Under the pieces are notes generated by a model. It made no database searches, was not told the DNA's origin, and saw only the letters and a program-made list of their open reading frames with translations. A program made the position numbers and the translations under genes. DNA of 64,000 nt. It comes from Candidatus Heimdallarchaeota archaeon (GTDB lineage Archaea; Asgardarchaeota; Heimdallarchaeia; Hodarchaeales; Hodarchaeaceae). The stretch lies in contig RDOB01000007.1 in the NCBI GenBank assembly GCA_011364965.1, positions 62,335 through 126,334 on the forward strand, given 5' to 3'. This document shows, in pieces, positions 1-10,575 of this stretch; position 1 is the stretch's first letter, and every line of letters begins with the position of its first letter.

Positions 1-251
1 GCATAACCACAATCCACCAACCTGTACCGCCATTATATGAGTCATTAGTATCGTAGAACCGACGTGATGATAACTAGAATGCTGATTTCTACCTTTTAAC
101 TAAAATGATTCAGAGGATTATGCAACATTGCGTGATATGTATTTATCATAGTAAAAAAAGTTAAGGAGTACTGACCCTGTCTTGTTAGAACAATAACAGT
201 GAAAATTAGATCAAATAGTCTCTAAACCAATTATTGTCAATCAGCTTCCCA

Positions 252-1085
252 TCAGTACTTAGGTGAAATTGGGTAATTACTGATTAGCAATTCAGTATTG
301 CGTTGAACTGTATTTTTCATATTACTGGAAATTATGTAACTATAAACATAATATTCTGAGAAGAAGTCTTGTATAGTTGGAGAATCTCGATTCGAGAGAA
401 TCCATAAATTAGTTATGTCATCAAGATATGATTTTAAAGTTCTCCAGTCAATATTATTCATCCCTTTTCCATATAAATTCCCTTTTTTCGATGTGTCAAA
501 ATAAGGAGGATCAAGATACCACATTACTTCTTGATCAGTTAAAATTGAAGCACTTCGTTTAAAAACTTCCGAATAGTCCAGATTGGTAATTTCAACTGGA
601 TAACGATTAAGTATCTTATGAATGGATCTCATTTTATCAGGTTTATTAATCTGCCAATTAGAATGAGCTTTTTTAATGCTATATCCCCCTCCAGCTCCAT
701 TAGGAGAACAGCTCAGAATTATTAACTTTTTTATTGCCCGTTCCAAAAGTGAAGTGGGTCTTTTTTGTTTCCACTGGAAATAATCTTCGCGGGTTATCAG
801 GGGAAGTATTCGAATGTATTCGTTTAATTCCTCTAAAAGGTCAGCATCTTGAATACACTTGAGTAGTGCAAATATTTCAGGGTCTTTATCATTCAACCAA
901 GCTTCTTTAGCTTTAGGTGAAACTTGGATGAAAAAATTGGCCAAACCTGTGAATGGTTCAATTAAAAAGGGGATTTCAGGTGGAATTGAACCAAATAAAG
1001 CCCAATATTTTTTTGTATTGCTTTTAGCACCAGGATAACTAGCAATAGTTAGTTTTGAAGGGATTTGCATATTGAAAGCCATCAT
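252..1085 (-). CDS. Dam-like (D12 class) N6-adenine DNA methyltransferase
   Basis: YPGAK, EPFTG, LND and YLDPPY motifs in the order typical of the Dam/D12 family. Confidence 0.85.
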   Translation of the reverse strand: MMAFNMQIPSKLTIASYPGAKSNTKKYWALFGSIPPEIPFLIEPFTGLANFFIQVSPKAKEAWLNDKDPEIFALLKCIQDADLLEELNEYIRILPLITREDYFQWKQKRPTSLLERAIKKLIILSCSPNGAGGGYSIKKAHSNWQINKPDKMRSIHKILNRYPVEITNLDYSEVFKRSASILTDQEVMWYLDPPYFDTSKKGNLYGKGMNNIDWRTLKSYLDDITNLWILSNRDSPTIQDFFSEYYVYSYIISSNMKNTVQRNTELLISNYPISPKY

Positions 1086-1476
1086 ACGTTGCTTCTTTAT
1101 TGTTCTTAAAACAATTGCGTTAGAGTAAAGATATCTTTTTTATATTCAAGGTCACTAAATCTTCCCCAGCTTTTAATTTATTTTCTATGACATACCCTGA
1201 ATTGTTCCTTGAATTAATTTTTATTACCAAATCATATAGCCTTAAAAAAATATATCTGAGGAATATTCAGCTGGAACATTACTGAAAGACCCTTTTGCCT
1301 AGGAATAAGCCCATTTGGAAATAAATGGGTATTTTTGATGTATTTAATTTAGATCAAGCAAATCAAAAATTAAAGCAGTAGGGTGAAGAGGAATGGTTCC
1401 CCTTAACGATTCCTACCTTTTACCTATGATAATGTTCATTCATAACAAATAAAACCTAATCATCTTTTTTGGATTA

Positions 1477-2259
1477 CTAAGTCTTTTCTGCAATAAAGAG
1501 AGCATATCCAATTCCCTTTTTTCTTACAAATTTCATGATCTCTTGGAATTTTTCTTCGTCTTCCATCTCTATTGCACGAACTACTATTAATTTATTTAAT
1601 AGATTTCGATATTCATCTGAAAAATCGATTACTTGGACGTTTACAAAACCTGCTTCTTTCATTATCCTTGTATTATCCTCAATACTGATAGCACCACCTA
1701 CACAATTGCAGTATATTTCATCATCTTCCTTCATTGATCTGGGCAATGGAAGCCATGTGATTACGTCATGTATAACAACTTTTCCTTTCCCTTTTAGTAC
1801 CCGTAAGATTTCCGTAAATGCTTTCATTTTATCAGATATTAATGATATAACACACTCGCTAATGACCCTATCAAAATAATTGTTAGGAAATTGCAGTTCC
1901 GTTGCATTAGTTTTTTGAAATTCAGTCACATTTTCGACGTTGAAAATTTTAGCACTTCTTTGGGCAGCTTCAATTCCTTGAGATGAAAGATCGACTCCAA
2001 TTATCCTGCCATTTGGCTTAATTTTTTCAGCAATATTGATAGCAGTTTCGCCACTTCCGCAACCGATATCAAGGACTTTCATTCCTGATTGTAAGTTTAG
2101 TTCCCTAAAAAGTCTTTCTTTGGCTTTTCCCATCTTCAATTCAGAGTTATCCTTATATTTTGTGTAGTATTCCCTATCATACTTTTCTTCAACAATATTT
2201 TTGATTGATTCATCTGCTTCAATCTCAGCTTTAGGATTACAGCTCGTACATTTCTTCAT
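1477..2259 (-). CDS. Class I SAM-dependent methyltransferase, arsenite methyltransferase (ArsM)-like
   Basis: VLDIGCGSG SAM motif; SECVISL and YCNCVGGA Cys motifs resemble ArsM. Confidence 0.7.
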   Translation of the reverse strand: MKKCTSCNPKAEIEADESIKNIVEEKYDREYYTKYKDNSELKMGKAKERLFRELNLQSGMKVLDIGCGSGETAINIAEKIKPNGRIIGVDLSSQGIEAAQRSAKIFNVENVTEFQKTNATELQFPNNYFDRVISECVISLISDKMKAFTEILRVLKGKGKVVIHDVITWLPLPRSMKEDDEIYCNCVGGAISIEDNTRIMKEAGFVNVQVIDFSDEYRNLLNKLIVVRAIEMEDEEKFQEIMKFVRKKGIGYALFIAEKT

Positions 2260-2304
2260 TTTTAGTTCCTCATATACAATTAGGTGTAGTAATTTTTTTA
2301 AATT

Positions 2305-2331
2305 CTACTACTCCTATATAAGAAGTAGTAG
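2305..2331. promoter_or_regulatory. Palindromic operator straddling a TATA-like box between divergent genes
   Basis: CTACTACT-cctatataaga-AGTAGTAG, a perfect 8-bp inverted repeat around TATATAA. Confidence 0.55.
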
Positions 2332-2386
2332 TAAATTTTTATTAATACTCTCTGCTAGCTACTTCTAAGAATTTGGTAGAAGAAAT

Positions 2387-3136
2387 ATGATTGAAACTGA
2401 AAAATTAATTAATGATAGTTTTATTTCTAAATTGAAAGCCCTTGGATTGTCAACATATGCTGCTAAAGTATACTTAGCCTTATTATCAAATCCTAACAGT
2501 TCCGCTACATTTCTCTGCAATGAAACTGGAATTCCAGACTCTAAAATGTATTATACTTTGAAAGAACTGCATAAAATAGGGATGATAGATGTGAGAGAAG
2601 GTTCACCTAATACGTATAATCCATTACACCCCAAAATGGCGATTAGTCACCTAAAACAGGAACTTCTTGAGAATTATTCTCATAAAGTAAAAGAAGCGGA
2701 TACTCTTATAGCTTCTATATCACCAATATTTGAAAATGCTGAGAATCAGGAAGATATGGAGGTAGCTTACGTTATAAATGGTCAAAAAAATATTCTTAGA
2801 AGGATTATTCATCTAATGTCTAATTCTAATGATGAAATATTAATCATTATTTCAAGTAACAACCTATTTCAGACTCTTCTACCAGTACTAAATAATTTGA
2901 AAAGTAAAATTACTGTTAAATTTGCTGGTTCTATAGAGATTTGTGAAAATAGTGACCTATTTCAAATAAATAACCTTAAGATTTCAACTTGTTCTTGCAA
3001 TATAGTCCTGACAGATAAAAACACACTCATTACTGTGTCTAGTTGGGAAAACGGGATTGCTATCCTTACGAATGACAAAGGTTTGGTATCCATGTGTCAT
3101 GAATTTTATGAAAATCACCTTTGTCAATTAGTTTAG
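2387..3136 (+). CDS. TrmB-family transcriptional regulator
   Basis: LGLSTYAAKVYLALL...GIPDSKMYYTLKEL wHTH plus a C-terminal effector domain. Confidence 0.85.
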   Translation: MIETEKLINDSFISKLKALGLSTYAAKVYLALLSNPNSSATFLCNETGIPDSKMYYTLKELHKIGMIDVREGSPNTYNPLHPKMAISHLKQELLENYSHKVKEADTLIASISPIFENAENQEDMEVAYVINGQKNILRRIIHLMSNSNDEILIIISSNNLFQTLLPVLNNLKSKITVKFAGSIEICENSDLFQINNLKISTCSCNIVLTDKNTLITVSSWENGIAILTNDKGLVSMCHEFYENHLCQLV

Positions 3137-3557
3137 CTATTTTCAACTGATTATCCAAAATTAACGGAAGGTCAACGGTTTTTTGGAAGTTAATCCTGTC
3201 TATATTGATTAATCCTTAGCTATCTCCACTTCAGAAGGATTAGCAATATAATGGGGTGTTGTTACATGGGATTGTTGAATACTCGCTTGCACATCAAGAA
3301 ATTTTACTCTCACCAAATCAAAGCTGTCATTGGGGGAATATATATGGTAAAATATAGTCAAAAGGAAGTTAATATGATTACCGATGTTCTAGAAAGCACT
3401 ATGATTTTCCAAAAACGATTTGGCGATGAAAAAGTGAAACTTTGCCCTGTTGGGACCGAATTCGGATTCAATTAAAGTTCTAGTTGATAATTTCTAATGT
3501 TTGAAAACCAATAGTAGGTACTGATACTTCTTCAGTCCTGAAGAACGAATTCGTCCC

Positions 3558-4181
3558 TCATTCGACCTCATTAATAGAGGAAATGCGTTTAATGTTTTCT
3601 TTTTCTTGCACTGACCTGTTATAGGGATGATCAATCAGCCAGAGGAACTGCTCATCCTTTAAAGTATTCACAATGTAGGGGTTATCATCAATGAATGTTT
3701 TATAGTTAAGAACTGGTTTTTTATCTGGAATATAAACAATAGCTCTGTAATCAATGTTATGAAGATCAAGCCATAACTTAATACCATCTAAAGTATGTCG
3801 GGATGTAACAATATCAAATGGTTTTAACCTATCGGTAGCTTTCTTAATGTTAGCAATTAAGGGTGGAATTTTGGTATAGTTATTGTTCCAAAGATGATCT
3901 GTTTCAAAAAGAAACTTTTCTAGAGTCTCATTCCATTTTCTCAAACTTGTAAAATCCCAATCAGTGACATCATTGATCCGAAATTCTTTCTCATATTCTT
4001 TAACCCACGCTGCAAGTATATCTGCTAAAACCCCTTCAAGATCTAATGCTATCACCATTTTCGAATCAACACTAGTCAATGAATTACTCTCGTAATCAGC
4101 TACTGGCAGAAAACGGAGATTTTTTTTGGGTTTTTTTAGGGTAATCCCAAATATCGTGGAGTTTTTTGGGATATTCTTCAA
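3558..4181 (-). CDS. HAD-superfamily 5'(3')-deoxyribonucleotidase-like protein (true start probably at the later MVIALD)
   Basis: IALDLEGVLAD, IVTSR, FIDDNP and HPYN motifs. Confidence 0.7.
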   Translation of the reverse strand: MKNIPKNSTIFGITLKKPKKNLRFLPVADYESNSLTSVDSKMVIALDLEGVLADILAAWVKEYEKEFRINDVTDWDFTSLRKWNETLEKFLFETDHLWNNNYTKIPPLIANIKKATDRLKPFDIVTSRHTLDGIKLWLDLHNIDYRAIVYIPDKKPVLNYKTFIDDNPYIVNTLKDEQFLWLIDHPYNRSVQEKENIKRISSINEVE

Positions 4182-4673
4182 ATACTGTTTCGTACTCTGT
4201 AGCTAAAAGTGCTTCTTCTAGTAAAACGATTCAATGAAGATCTCTCAAAGTATATATAAAATATAAGAAGGATAAAAGACTCCAAATCGAGTTAGACTAT
4301 CCTATCACTGCCAGACTTCCCATAAAAATTGTCCAGCCAATGTAATTCAGATTTTTTGAATATTGATATATTTTCGTTGTCCCAAGACCCAGATTATATG
4401 CAAAGGAATATAATGCAAGCATTATGATAATTAATCCGATTGTAGAAGCCGTTAAGCCAGGAATAAATAAAATCCCGTACGTTGCTGGAACAAATAAGCT
4501 GATAACAAATCCTTCCATAAGCTAAACTACAGCTGGAACCATAATTTTTTTTGAGCTAATAATTCAGGGTCTTCAAATGGTTTTCTTCGCTTTCTATCAG
4601 CCCATAGCCATAAAGGATACGTTATAGCATAACCTGCAATATAAAATAACCAGAGGTTAATAATATTTACCAT
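4137..4673 (-). pseudogene. Degraded ICMT/PEMT-family membrane methyltransferase
   Basis: Read from ATG at 4673 through a homopolymer frameshift and three in-frame stops, it gives GLGTTKIYQYSKNLNYIGW...LLEEALLATEY...EEY..TPRYL, the ICMT/PEMT signature. The 4297-4518 ORF is an internal fragment. Confidence 0.65.
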
Positions 4674-4705
4674 TCCTAAACATCCAGGGTTTTTTAGCTG
4701 AATTA

Positions 4706-5179
4706 TTATACGCTATAATTCTTAAGAATATCATCAGCCCAGGCGTTTGCTCGTTCCAATTCCCCCTCTTTCAACGGGCCTTTTCGTCCTTTAACAAAAA
4801 ATGCTTCTGGTGATATTATTAGTCTTCCATTCTTTTTCCTCAAATTATCAGCAATTTTTCCAGCAGCATAGCCGAAGATTTTGACTAATCTTGTAGATAA
4901 TCTCGTATCGAACGCAGCAACATTTATATCTTTCATACTAGCCTCTGGAATTTGGTTAAGAAAGTCTTGTATCGCTTCTGTAGGACTGCCTCCATGCGTT
5001 GGTGAACCAATTATTAATAGCTTCAATCCAATTAACTCTGAAAGATTTACACTGTTTACTCGAACTATTTTAGTGTCCATTTGGATCTTTATGGCATTTC
5101 TAATTGCTTTAGCTATTTCTTCTGTATTTCCATAAACTGAATCATAAATTATCATCGCTTGCATCAGGATATACCTCAT
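4706..5179 (-). CDS. Flavodoxin-family protein
   Basis: IYDSVYGNTE, IIGSPTHGG and AAFDTR motifs. Confidence 0.9.
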   Translation of the reverse strand: MRYILMQAMIIYDSVYGNTEEIAKAIRNAIKIQMDTKIVRVNSVNLSELIGLKLLIIGSPTHGGSPTEAIQDFLNQIPEASMKDINVAAFDTRLSTRLVKIFGYAAGKIADNLRKKNGRLIISPEAFFVKGRKGPLKEGELERANAWADDILKNYSV

Positions 5180-5266
5180 TTTTACTACTCATAATCTCAA
5201 TTATGGAGGTAGGAAAATCCTTTTTTAAGCAGCATTATGATAAGAAAATTTTGAATCTGAGTAATT

Positions 5267-5989
5267 TCATTTCATCTGTTCTACTGGGTGGAAAAGGAAT
5301 GTTTTTTCTATTAAAGTGTAAATAATACTTAGAATTGCCAAGATTGTAAAGCTAATCAATGTTAATTCTAATGTATTCGTTAGTATTATAAATATGACAA
5401 TATAAACATGACCATGGGAAACAGGCTGTGATTCTTGGAATAACCAACTTGTGTAAATAGATATAATCGTGAGAAAACCAAGAGAGCTCAAAGTAAGTGC
5501 AATTAAAAACCATACATTGAAACCCCATATCTCTGATGTATATGTTGTAATATTTAATCCTGCTCCAATCCAGAAAAAGATTCCCTTGGCATATTCAAGG
5601 ACAGAATCCAACCATTCACCTTTTCTGCTACTGCATTGTCGTTTTCTAGCTAATTGTCCATCAATGCAATCCATCAGTGCGGATAACCAATACAATAAAC
5701 TTGCGATCACCATATAAGAATAATCTAGGGCTCCTAATACTATTGCTATTGAACTTAGAATGGTTAGAAGCAAACCAAACCAAGTGATCCTATTTGGTGT
5801 AATTAAAGAAAATGGTTCTATAAAGGTTACAATAGGTTCTGCGATTTTCCTATGGAAACCAATAACAGGATCTTCCTTCTTATAGCTGTGTCTTGAGCTT
5901 TTCTCTCCATTTGCCTTACCCATAGTTAATTTGGAGACTATATATTTCAAACTGTACTTATCATGGACTTTCAATAAATCATGTTCCAA
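5267..5989 (-). CDS. CDP-alcohol phosphatidyltransferase family protein
   Basis: TPNRIT and DCIDGQLAR...GEWLD motif; multiple TM segments. Confidence 0.9.
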   Translation of the reverse strand: MEHDLLKVHDKYSLKYIVSKLTMGKANGEKSSRHSYKKEDPVIGFHRKIAEPIVTFIEPFSLITPNRITWFGLLLTILSSIAIVLGALDYSYMVIASLLYWLSALMDCIDGQLARKRQCSSRKGEWLDSVLEYAKGIFFWIGAGLNITTYTSEIWGFNVWFLIALTLSSLGFLTIISIYTSWLFQESQPVSHGHVYIVIFIILTNTLELTLISFTILAILSIIYTLIEKTFLFHPVEQMK

Positions 5990-6629
5990 GATAATTTGCC
6001 CCTAGTTTTAACGAACGAAAAAAAATTCATTTTCTCTGATTTATAAATCCTCCATTTTAGTATTATAAGGTATAATAGCTTATGACTTCACACTTGATTT
6101 AACATCAATTTGATTTTGATATCATTGCAATGTTTTGAAATAATAGTTGAAATCCTATCTAAATCTGTAATATAAAGCATATTTACTTGCTTAAGGACTT
6201 TAAATACTAAGTTAAAATACAATGTTGAACACAGGTTTGATTAGGTTTTTACAGGAATCTGGAATTTTAAAATCAAAAACTTCTTAAAATTTAAAACTAT
6301 CACTTTTTCAAACCTTTCTCTATGAATTATTTTCATCACAATAATCTTTTTGACATTTAGCCCTTTTAGAAGGGAAAAGAGAGGAGAATGGGTATGAGTG
6401 AGTTTGTAAATGAGTACCTGATACATTGAATTAAACAAACTAGAAAAATCACTTCCTATGAGACTGCAATTGAGTATGATCGCAAGTCAGGAAAAGTAGT
6501 GGGTTATCACATATTTGAACCAGAACCCGTGATTACATCCCAATCCTCGCGAAAAGGTTTGAAACAACGATTGAGGGCAAAAAAACTTTCATCTGATGAT
6601 AATGTTTCTGTTCAAAGTGGATTAGTAGT

Positions 6630-7022
6630 ATGGAAACCTCAATAGGAACCTTCTTCGCCTTCGATCCTCAAATGCTAAGTAATCCTCCTCGAAGAGAGTT
6701 AGATAAAGTTTTTGAAAAGCCAAGGATGCTAGATCCAAATCCAGATTTAGAGAAATATATGGAAACTTTTTTTCAAGATTTTCAAGTAATAGATACACTG
6801 AAACGTCGGCGTTTAGTTTGTTCTGTATGTTTGGCGCCGATTGAAGAAGATCAATTCATCGTTTTACCCCATCCGCAATATCCTGAGGATCCTTCTAAAG
6901 TGTCGTACTTCCATTCTAAAAGGAATTGTTCACTGCGTTCAAAGAAAGTCAAGACCGTAAGAGGCCATTGGTTGAAAACACGACTTCAGCAGTCAGCTGA
7001 AGTATGTAAGGAGGAGGAATGA
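6630..7022 (+). CDS. Hypothetical protein with putative Zn-binding CxxC...HxxxxC
   Basis: CSVC and FHSKRNC; 130-aa ORF. Confidence 0.55.
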   Translation: METSIGTFFAFDPQMLSNPPRRELDKVFEKPRMLDPNPDLEKYMETFFQDFQVIDTLKRRRLVCSVCLAPIEEDQFIVLPHPQYPEDPSKVSYFHSKRNCSLRSKKVKTVRGHWLKTRLQQSAEVCKEEE

Positions 7023-7140
7023 GTTCTCTATACTAGACTTAAACCATTTTAGAAAGAAAATTAGTAAGAAGTCTTGAAAATTTTCCATTTCCATGTCCCT
7101 GGGGAAATTAGAGAATTGTACCGTTTTGGCACCATTGGGA

Positions 7141-8457
7141 CTAAAAATCAGTGATAACATCCAAGGAGGTAGAGTGTTTATTATTTGATATAAGCTGGTT
7201 TAAAAAAATATATGGGAGAAAAGCGCCAAGAAGAAAACCAATTTCTACAATAAAGAGTAATGGAAATGACTTATAAACCATGATTAGACCAGCTATTAAA
7301 CTAGCAATTGATCTGCCGAAAGTGGATATTAAACCAAAAAAAGCCAAAAGAAATGTTCTTGACTGAGATTCAGAGCAAATATTCAACATTAAAGTAGTGG
7401 AAGGGGTAGTAACAAGTCCTGCTCCAGCTCCGAAGATTCCTATACTTATTAAGAAGAGATTCTGTAAAGAAATAATATCTGGTATTCCACCTTGGGTTGC
7501 TCCTATACCTATGAATGTAACTAAGAGAAGTCCTAAACTTGAAACACATACTCCCAGCAAAATAACATATGAAGTGCTAGTCCGCTTCTCTAATACTAAT
7601 GCTAATGGGATAAAGATTAAGGTTGTAGTTCCCCATATCGCTGCAACTCTCCCAATATTTCCCTCTGAGAATGCTAGGATCTTAATTGCGAATGGTTCTA
7701 GAACAGCATCCTGAGCAAATAAACCAATCAAAAAGAATAGTAAAAACAAACTCATTAAAATTACTTGTGAATTCATTACTTGATGAGTTGATAACTGTAT
7801 CGTCTCACGAATAGGATGTACAACTTCTGATTTGGCTGATTTATCCTCTTTGATTAGTAAAGCAGGTAGTACTCCCAGAAGTATGCTTAAGAAGCCAAGA
7901 CTGATGAAAAATCCTTCAAATTTTAAGCTTCCATAAAAAATCGCTCCAAATATTCCACCAAGTGCATATCCGAGTAATCTAAAGAATTGAATCGCACCGG
8001 CAGCTTGCCCTCGTGATAGTTCATTAGTTTTATCGAGTAAGTAGGCATCTGACATTGTTGCAACAATAGCTGAGCCGATAACAAACCCGATCATTCCTAT
8101 CAAGATTAGAATCGACCCTAATACCTGAGAGATTAGAAATAAACCTAAAGTTTGTATCAATAGCCCCAACATGACATAAGATCGGCGATTAGATCCAAAT
8201 AATGGAAAATTATCTCCTAAATATCCTATAACTAATCTAAAAAGCTCAAATAGTGTAGTAATTCCAATGATAAATGCTATTGTCGTTGTTTCCCACCCAA
8301 TAATCGCGAGCTGTGCAGGAATAAATGTATTGATACCAATTACCCCCACACTGACTCCTATATGCACAATGGCAATTCCCACTATAGATGATAGGCCTAA
8401 GTATTCAGGTTTGGTATTTTGGATCAATGAGGGATGTGAATCATACAAATTAATCAC
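7141..8457 (-). CDS. MFS transporter, BCD/PucC-like family
   Basis: About 12 TM; GYLGD...GSNRRSY and QDAVLEPF motifs as in the PucC family. Confidence 0.7.
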   Translation of the reverse strand: MINLYDSHPSLIQNTKPEYLGLSSIVGIAIVHIGVSVGVIGINTFIPAQLAIIGWETTTIAFIIGITTLFELFRLVIGYLGDNFPLFGSNRRSYVMLGLLIQTLGLFLISQVLGSILILIGMIGFVIGSAIVATMSDAYLLDKTNELSRGQAAGAIQFFRLLGYALGGIFGAIFYGSLKFEGFFISLGFLSILLGVLPALLIKEDKSAKSEVVHPIRETIQLSTHQVMNSQVILMSLFLLFFLIGLFAQDAVLEPFAIKILAFSEGNIGRVAAIWGTTTLIFIPLALVLEKRTSTSYVILLGVCVSSLGLLLVTFIGIGATQGGIPDIISLQNLFLISIGIFGAGAGLVTTPSTTLMLNICSESQSRTFLLAFFGLISTFGRSIASLIAGLIMVYKSFPLLFIVEIGFLLGAFLPYIFLNQLISNNKHSTSLDVITDF

Positions 8458-8635
8458 GATTCTTTGAATTCTTAAAGATGATAAAAGTGGTTTGGATAAA
8501 ACAATAAATCCTTTAGGTTATGAAAACGTAAGTGGATAATAATACAATTAAATTGCATTTAGCTGATATTATTATTATAAAATCTTGAGAAAAGCAGTTT
8601 GATTTGGAATGATCAATACTTTTTTTGGGAGTTTG

Positions 8636-9841
8636 TTAACTTATCAATTGATAAAATTCCTTTACTTTTTTTAGTATGTTCTTTGAATGAATTCTGTTCT
8701 TTGTTTCAAGAGCAAGATGAACAGCTACATGTCCAAACGGTACGGATGGAGAATACCTATCAAAATCAATATCTACCACGTTACCTTCCATAGAGGCTAT
8801 AATCTTTAATAGCGTCTCTAAACGACCAGGTTTATCTTCCACCAAAGCATTTAGTTCTTGGTATCTTCCTGATTTAATCAATCCTTGCGTTATGATTCTT
8901 CCTAAAATGGTTGTATCGACATTACCGCCACTGACAATTAAAACAACTTTCTCTCCTTCTTTTGCAATATTATGATGCAAAAGTGCTGCGAGGGAAACTG
9001 CCCCTGCTCCTTCTGCTATAGATTTGCATCGTTCCATTAAAAGCAGTATTGCTTCTGCTATCTCTTCTTCATCCACAATTACAATATCATCAAGGAATGA
9101 GTTCATTATTGTAAAAGTTAATTCACTCGGACTCTTAATAGCAATACCATCAGCAATTGTATTACCTTTTCCAGTATTGATAAGGATTCCAGCTTTAATA
9201 GATTGATAAGCAGCATTCATTTCTTTCGTTTGTACACCTACTACCCGACAGGACGATTTCTTGGATTTTATTGCTGTTAATATACCAGAAATTAATCCTC
9301 CTCCACCGATAGGACAAATTATTAAGTCAACTTCCGGTAGGTCTTCTAAAATTTCCAATGCAATAGTTCCTTGTCCTGCAACAACATGATGGTCGTCAAA
9401 AGCATGAATTAAAGTCAATTGATCAGTCTTCGCAATTTCAATTGCTTTGGTATATGCTTCCTCAAAACTCTCCCCATATAGTATTACCTCTCCTCCATAT
9501 TCTTTTGTTGCTTCTATTTTTGGTATTGGGGCACCTTTGGGCATGACAATAGTTGAAGGGATATTGAACATGGAAGCAGCCAATGCAACGCCTTGAGCAT
9601 GATTACCAGTGCTTACAGCAACAACTCCTTTTTTTCTTACTGTTTCATCTAGGTGAGCGATCTTATTATACGCTCCTCGTACTTTAAAAGACCCAGCTTT
9701 TTGAAGATTTTCGTATTTCAAATAAACTTCGCATCCAGTCTTTTTAGAAAAAGTAGTTGAATGATTCAGAGGCGTACGTTTTACTTTCTGCTTCAGGATT
9801 TCCTGTGCTTCTAATATAGATTCAAATGTGGGAAAATTCAA
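8636..9841 (-). CDS. ilvA: Threonine ammonia-lyase with C-terminal ACT domain
   Basis: LKYENLQKAGSFKVRGA PLP lysine, STGNHAQG, GGGGL, SGGN, DKPG ACT motif. Confidence 0.92.
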   Translation of the reverse strand: MNFPTFESILEAQEILKQKVKRTPLNHSTTFSKKTGCEVYLKYENLQKAGSFKVRGAYNKIAHLDETVRKKGVVAVSTGNHAQGVALAASMFNIPSTIVMPKGAPIPKIEATKEYGGEVILYGESFEEAYTKAIEIAKTDQLTLIHAFDDHHVVAGQGTIALEILEDLPEVDLIICPIGGGGLISGILTAIKSKKSSCRVVGVQTKEMNAAYQSIKAGILINTGKGNTIADGIAIKSPSELTFTIMNSFLDDIVIVDEEEIAEAILLLMERCKSIAEGAGAVSLAALLHHNIAKEGEKVVLIVSGGNVDTTILGRIITQGLIKSGRYQELNALVEDKPGRLETLLKIIASMEGNVVDIDFDRYSPSVPFGHVAVHLALETKNRIHSKNILKKVKEFYQLIS

Positions 9842-10036
9842 TAGTTACACCTTAAATTTGATCATTTTGAACTAATTTTATCCTAATAATTTCATTTTAC
9901 ATTTATAATATTTTTCAGTTTAAAGAGTGGGAAACTGGGTTTAGAAAATAAGACTGAAAAATCAAATTCTTATTCTCCTGAGGTCTCCCTGTAATTCGGA
10001 GCGGTTAAAACTCCTTACATCCATAAAACAAATTCC

Positions 10037-10330
10037 TTAGCGGACAACTTTATTGATCTCTGATCCCAAGATCAATGTCGCGGCAATGTCATCAACAGAT
10101 TCTCCTAAGGTTTTAAAGTCCTCCATTTTTTCCGACATTGTCTGTTTCATTGCTTTAAAGACTGCATATTGCTTATCTATTGAATATTTAGAATAGATAC
10201 TAGATGTGACTAAAATTGCTGCAATTCGTGCAGTTTTTCTTGGATCTTTCTTATAATTTTTGTCATCAGCTTTCATAATTTCTTGTAATTTTTGGAAACG
10301 ATCGAATACATCTAAATATGCTTCACTCAT
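10037..10330 (-). CDS. Hypothetical helical protein
   Basis: 97-aa ORF with an upstream GGAGG SD-like element. Confidence 0.6.
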   Translation of the reverse strand: MSEAYLDVFDRFQKLQEIMKADDKNYKKDPRKTARIAAILVTSSIYSKYSIDKQYAVFKAMKQTMSEKMEDFKTLGESVDDIAATLILGSEINKVVR

Positions 10331-10575
10331 ACAAAATGAGCCTCCTATAGAAATTTTTTATGGGTTTGAACTTGTATGGGAGGAGAGAACCAGACTTTGT
10401 GGAAAAGTTTACCTAAGCATAAAAAATTTTATTGTTAAATAGAGAGGATAATTCATTTGGATATATGAATAAATCACCTTTCTACTAATGATATCGAACC
10501 CTAACTAATTAATCGGAAAACTATAGACATTTATTCCTTAAGTTAACAGTTTAATCATATTAATTCAGCTCAATT

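Noticed and set aside
3251-3475. 74-aa ORF
   Set aside because: No motif and no clear start signal; could be a gene remnant but is unsupported
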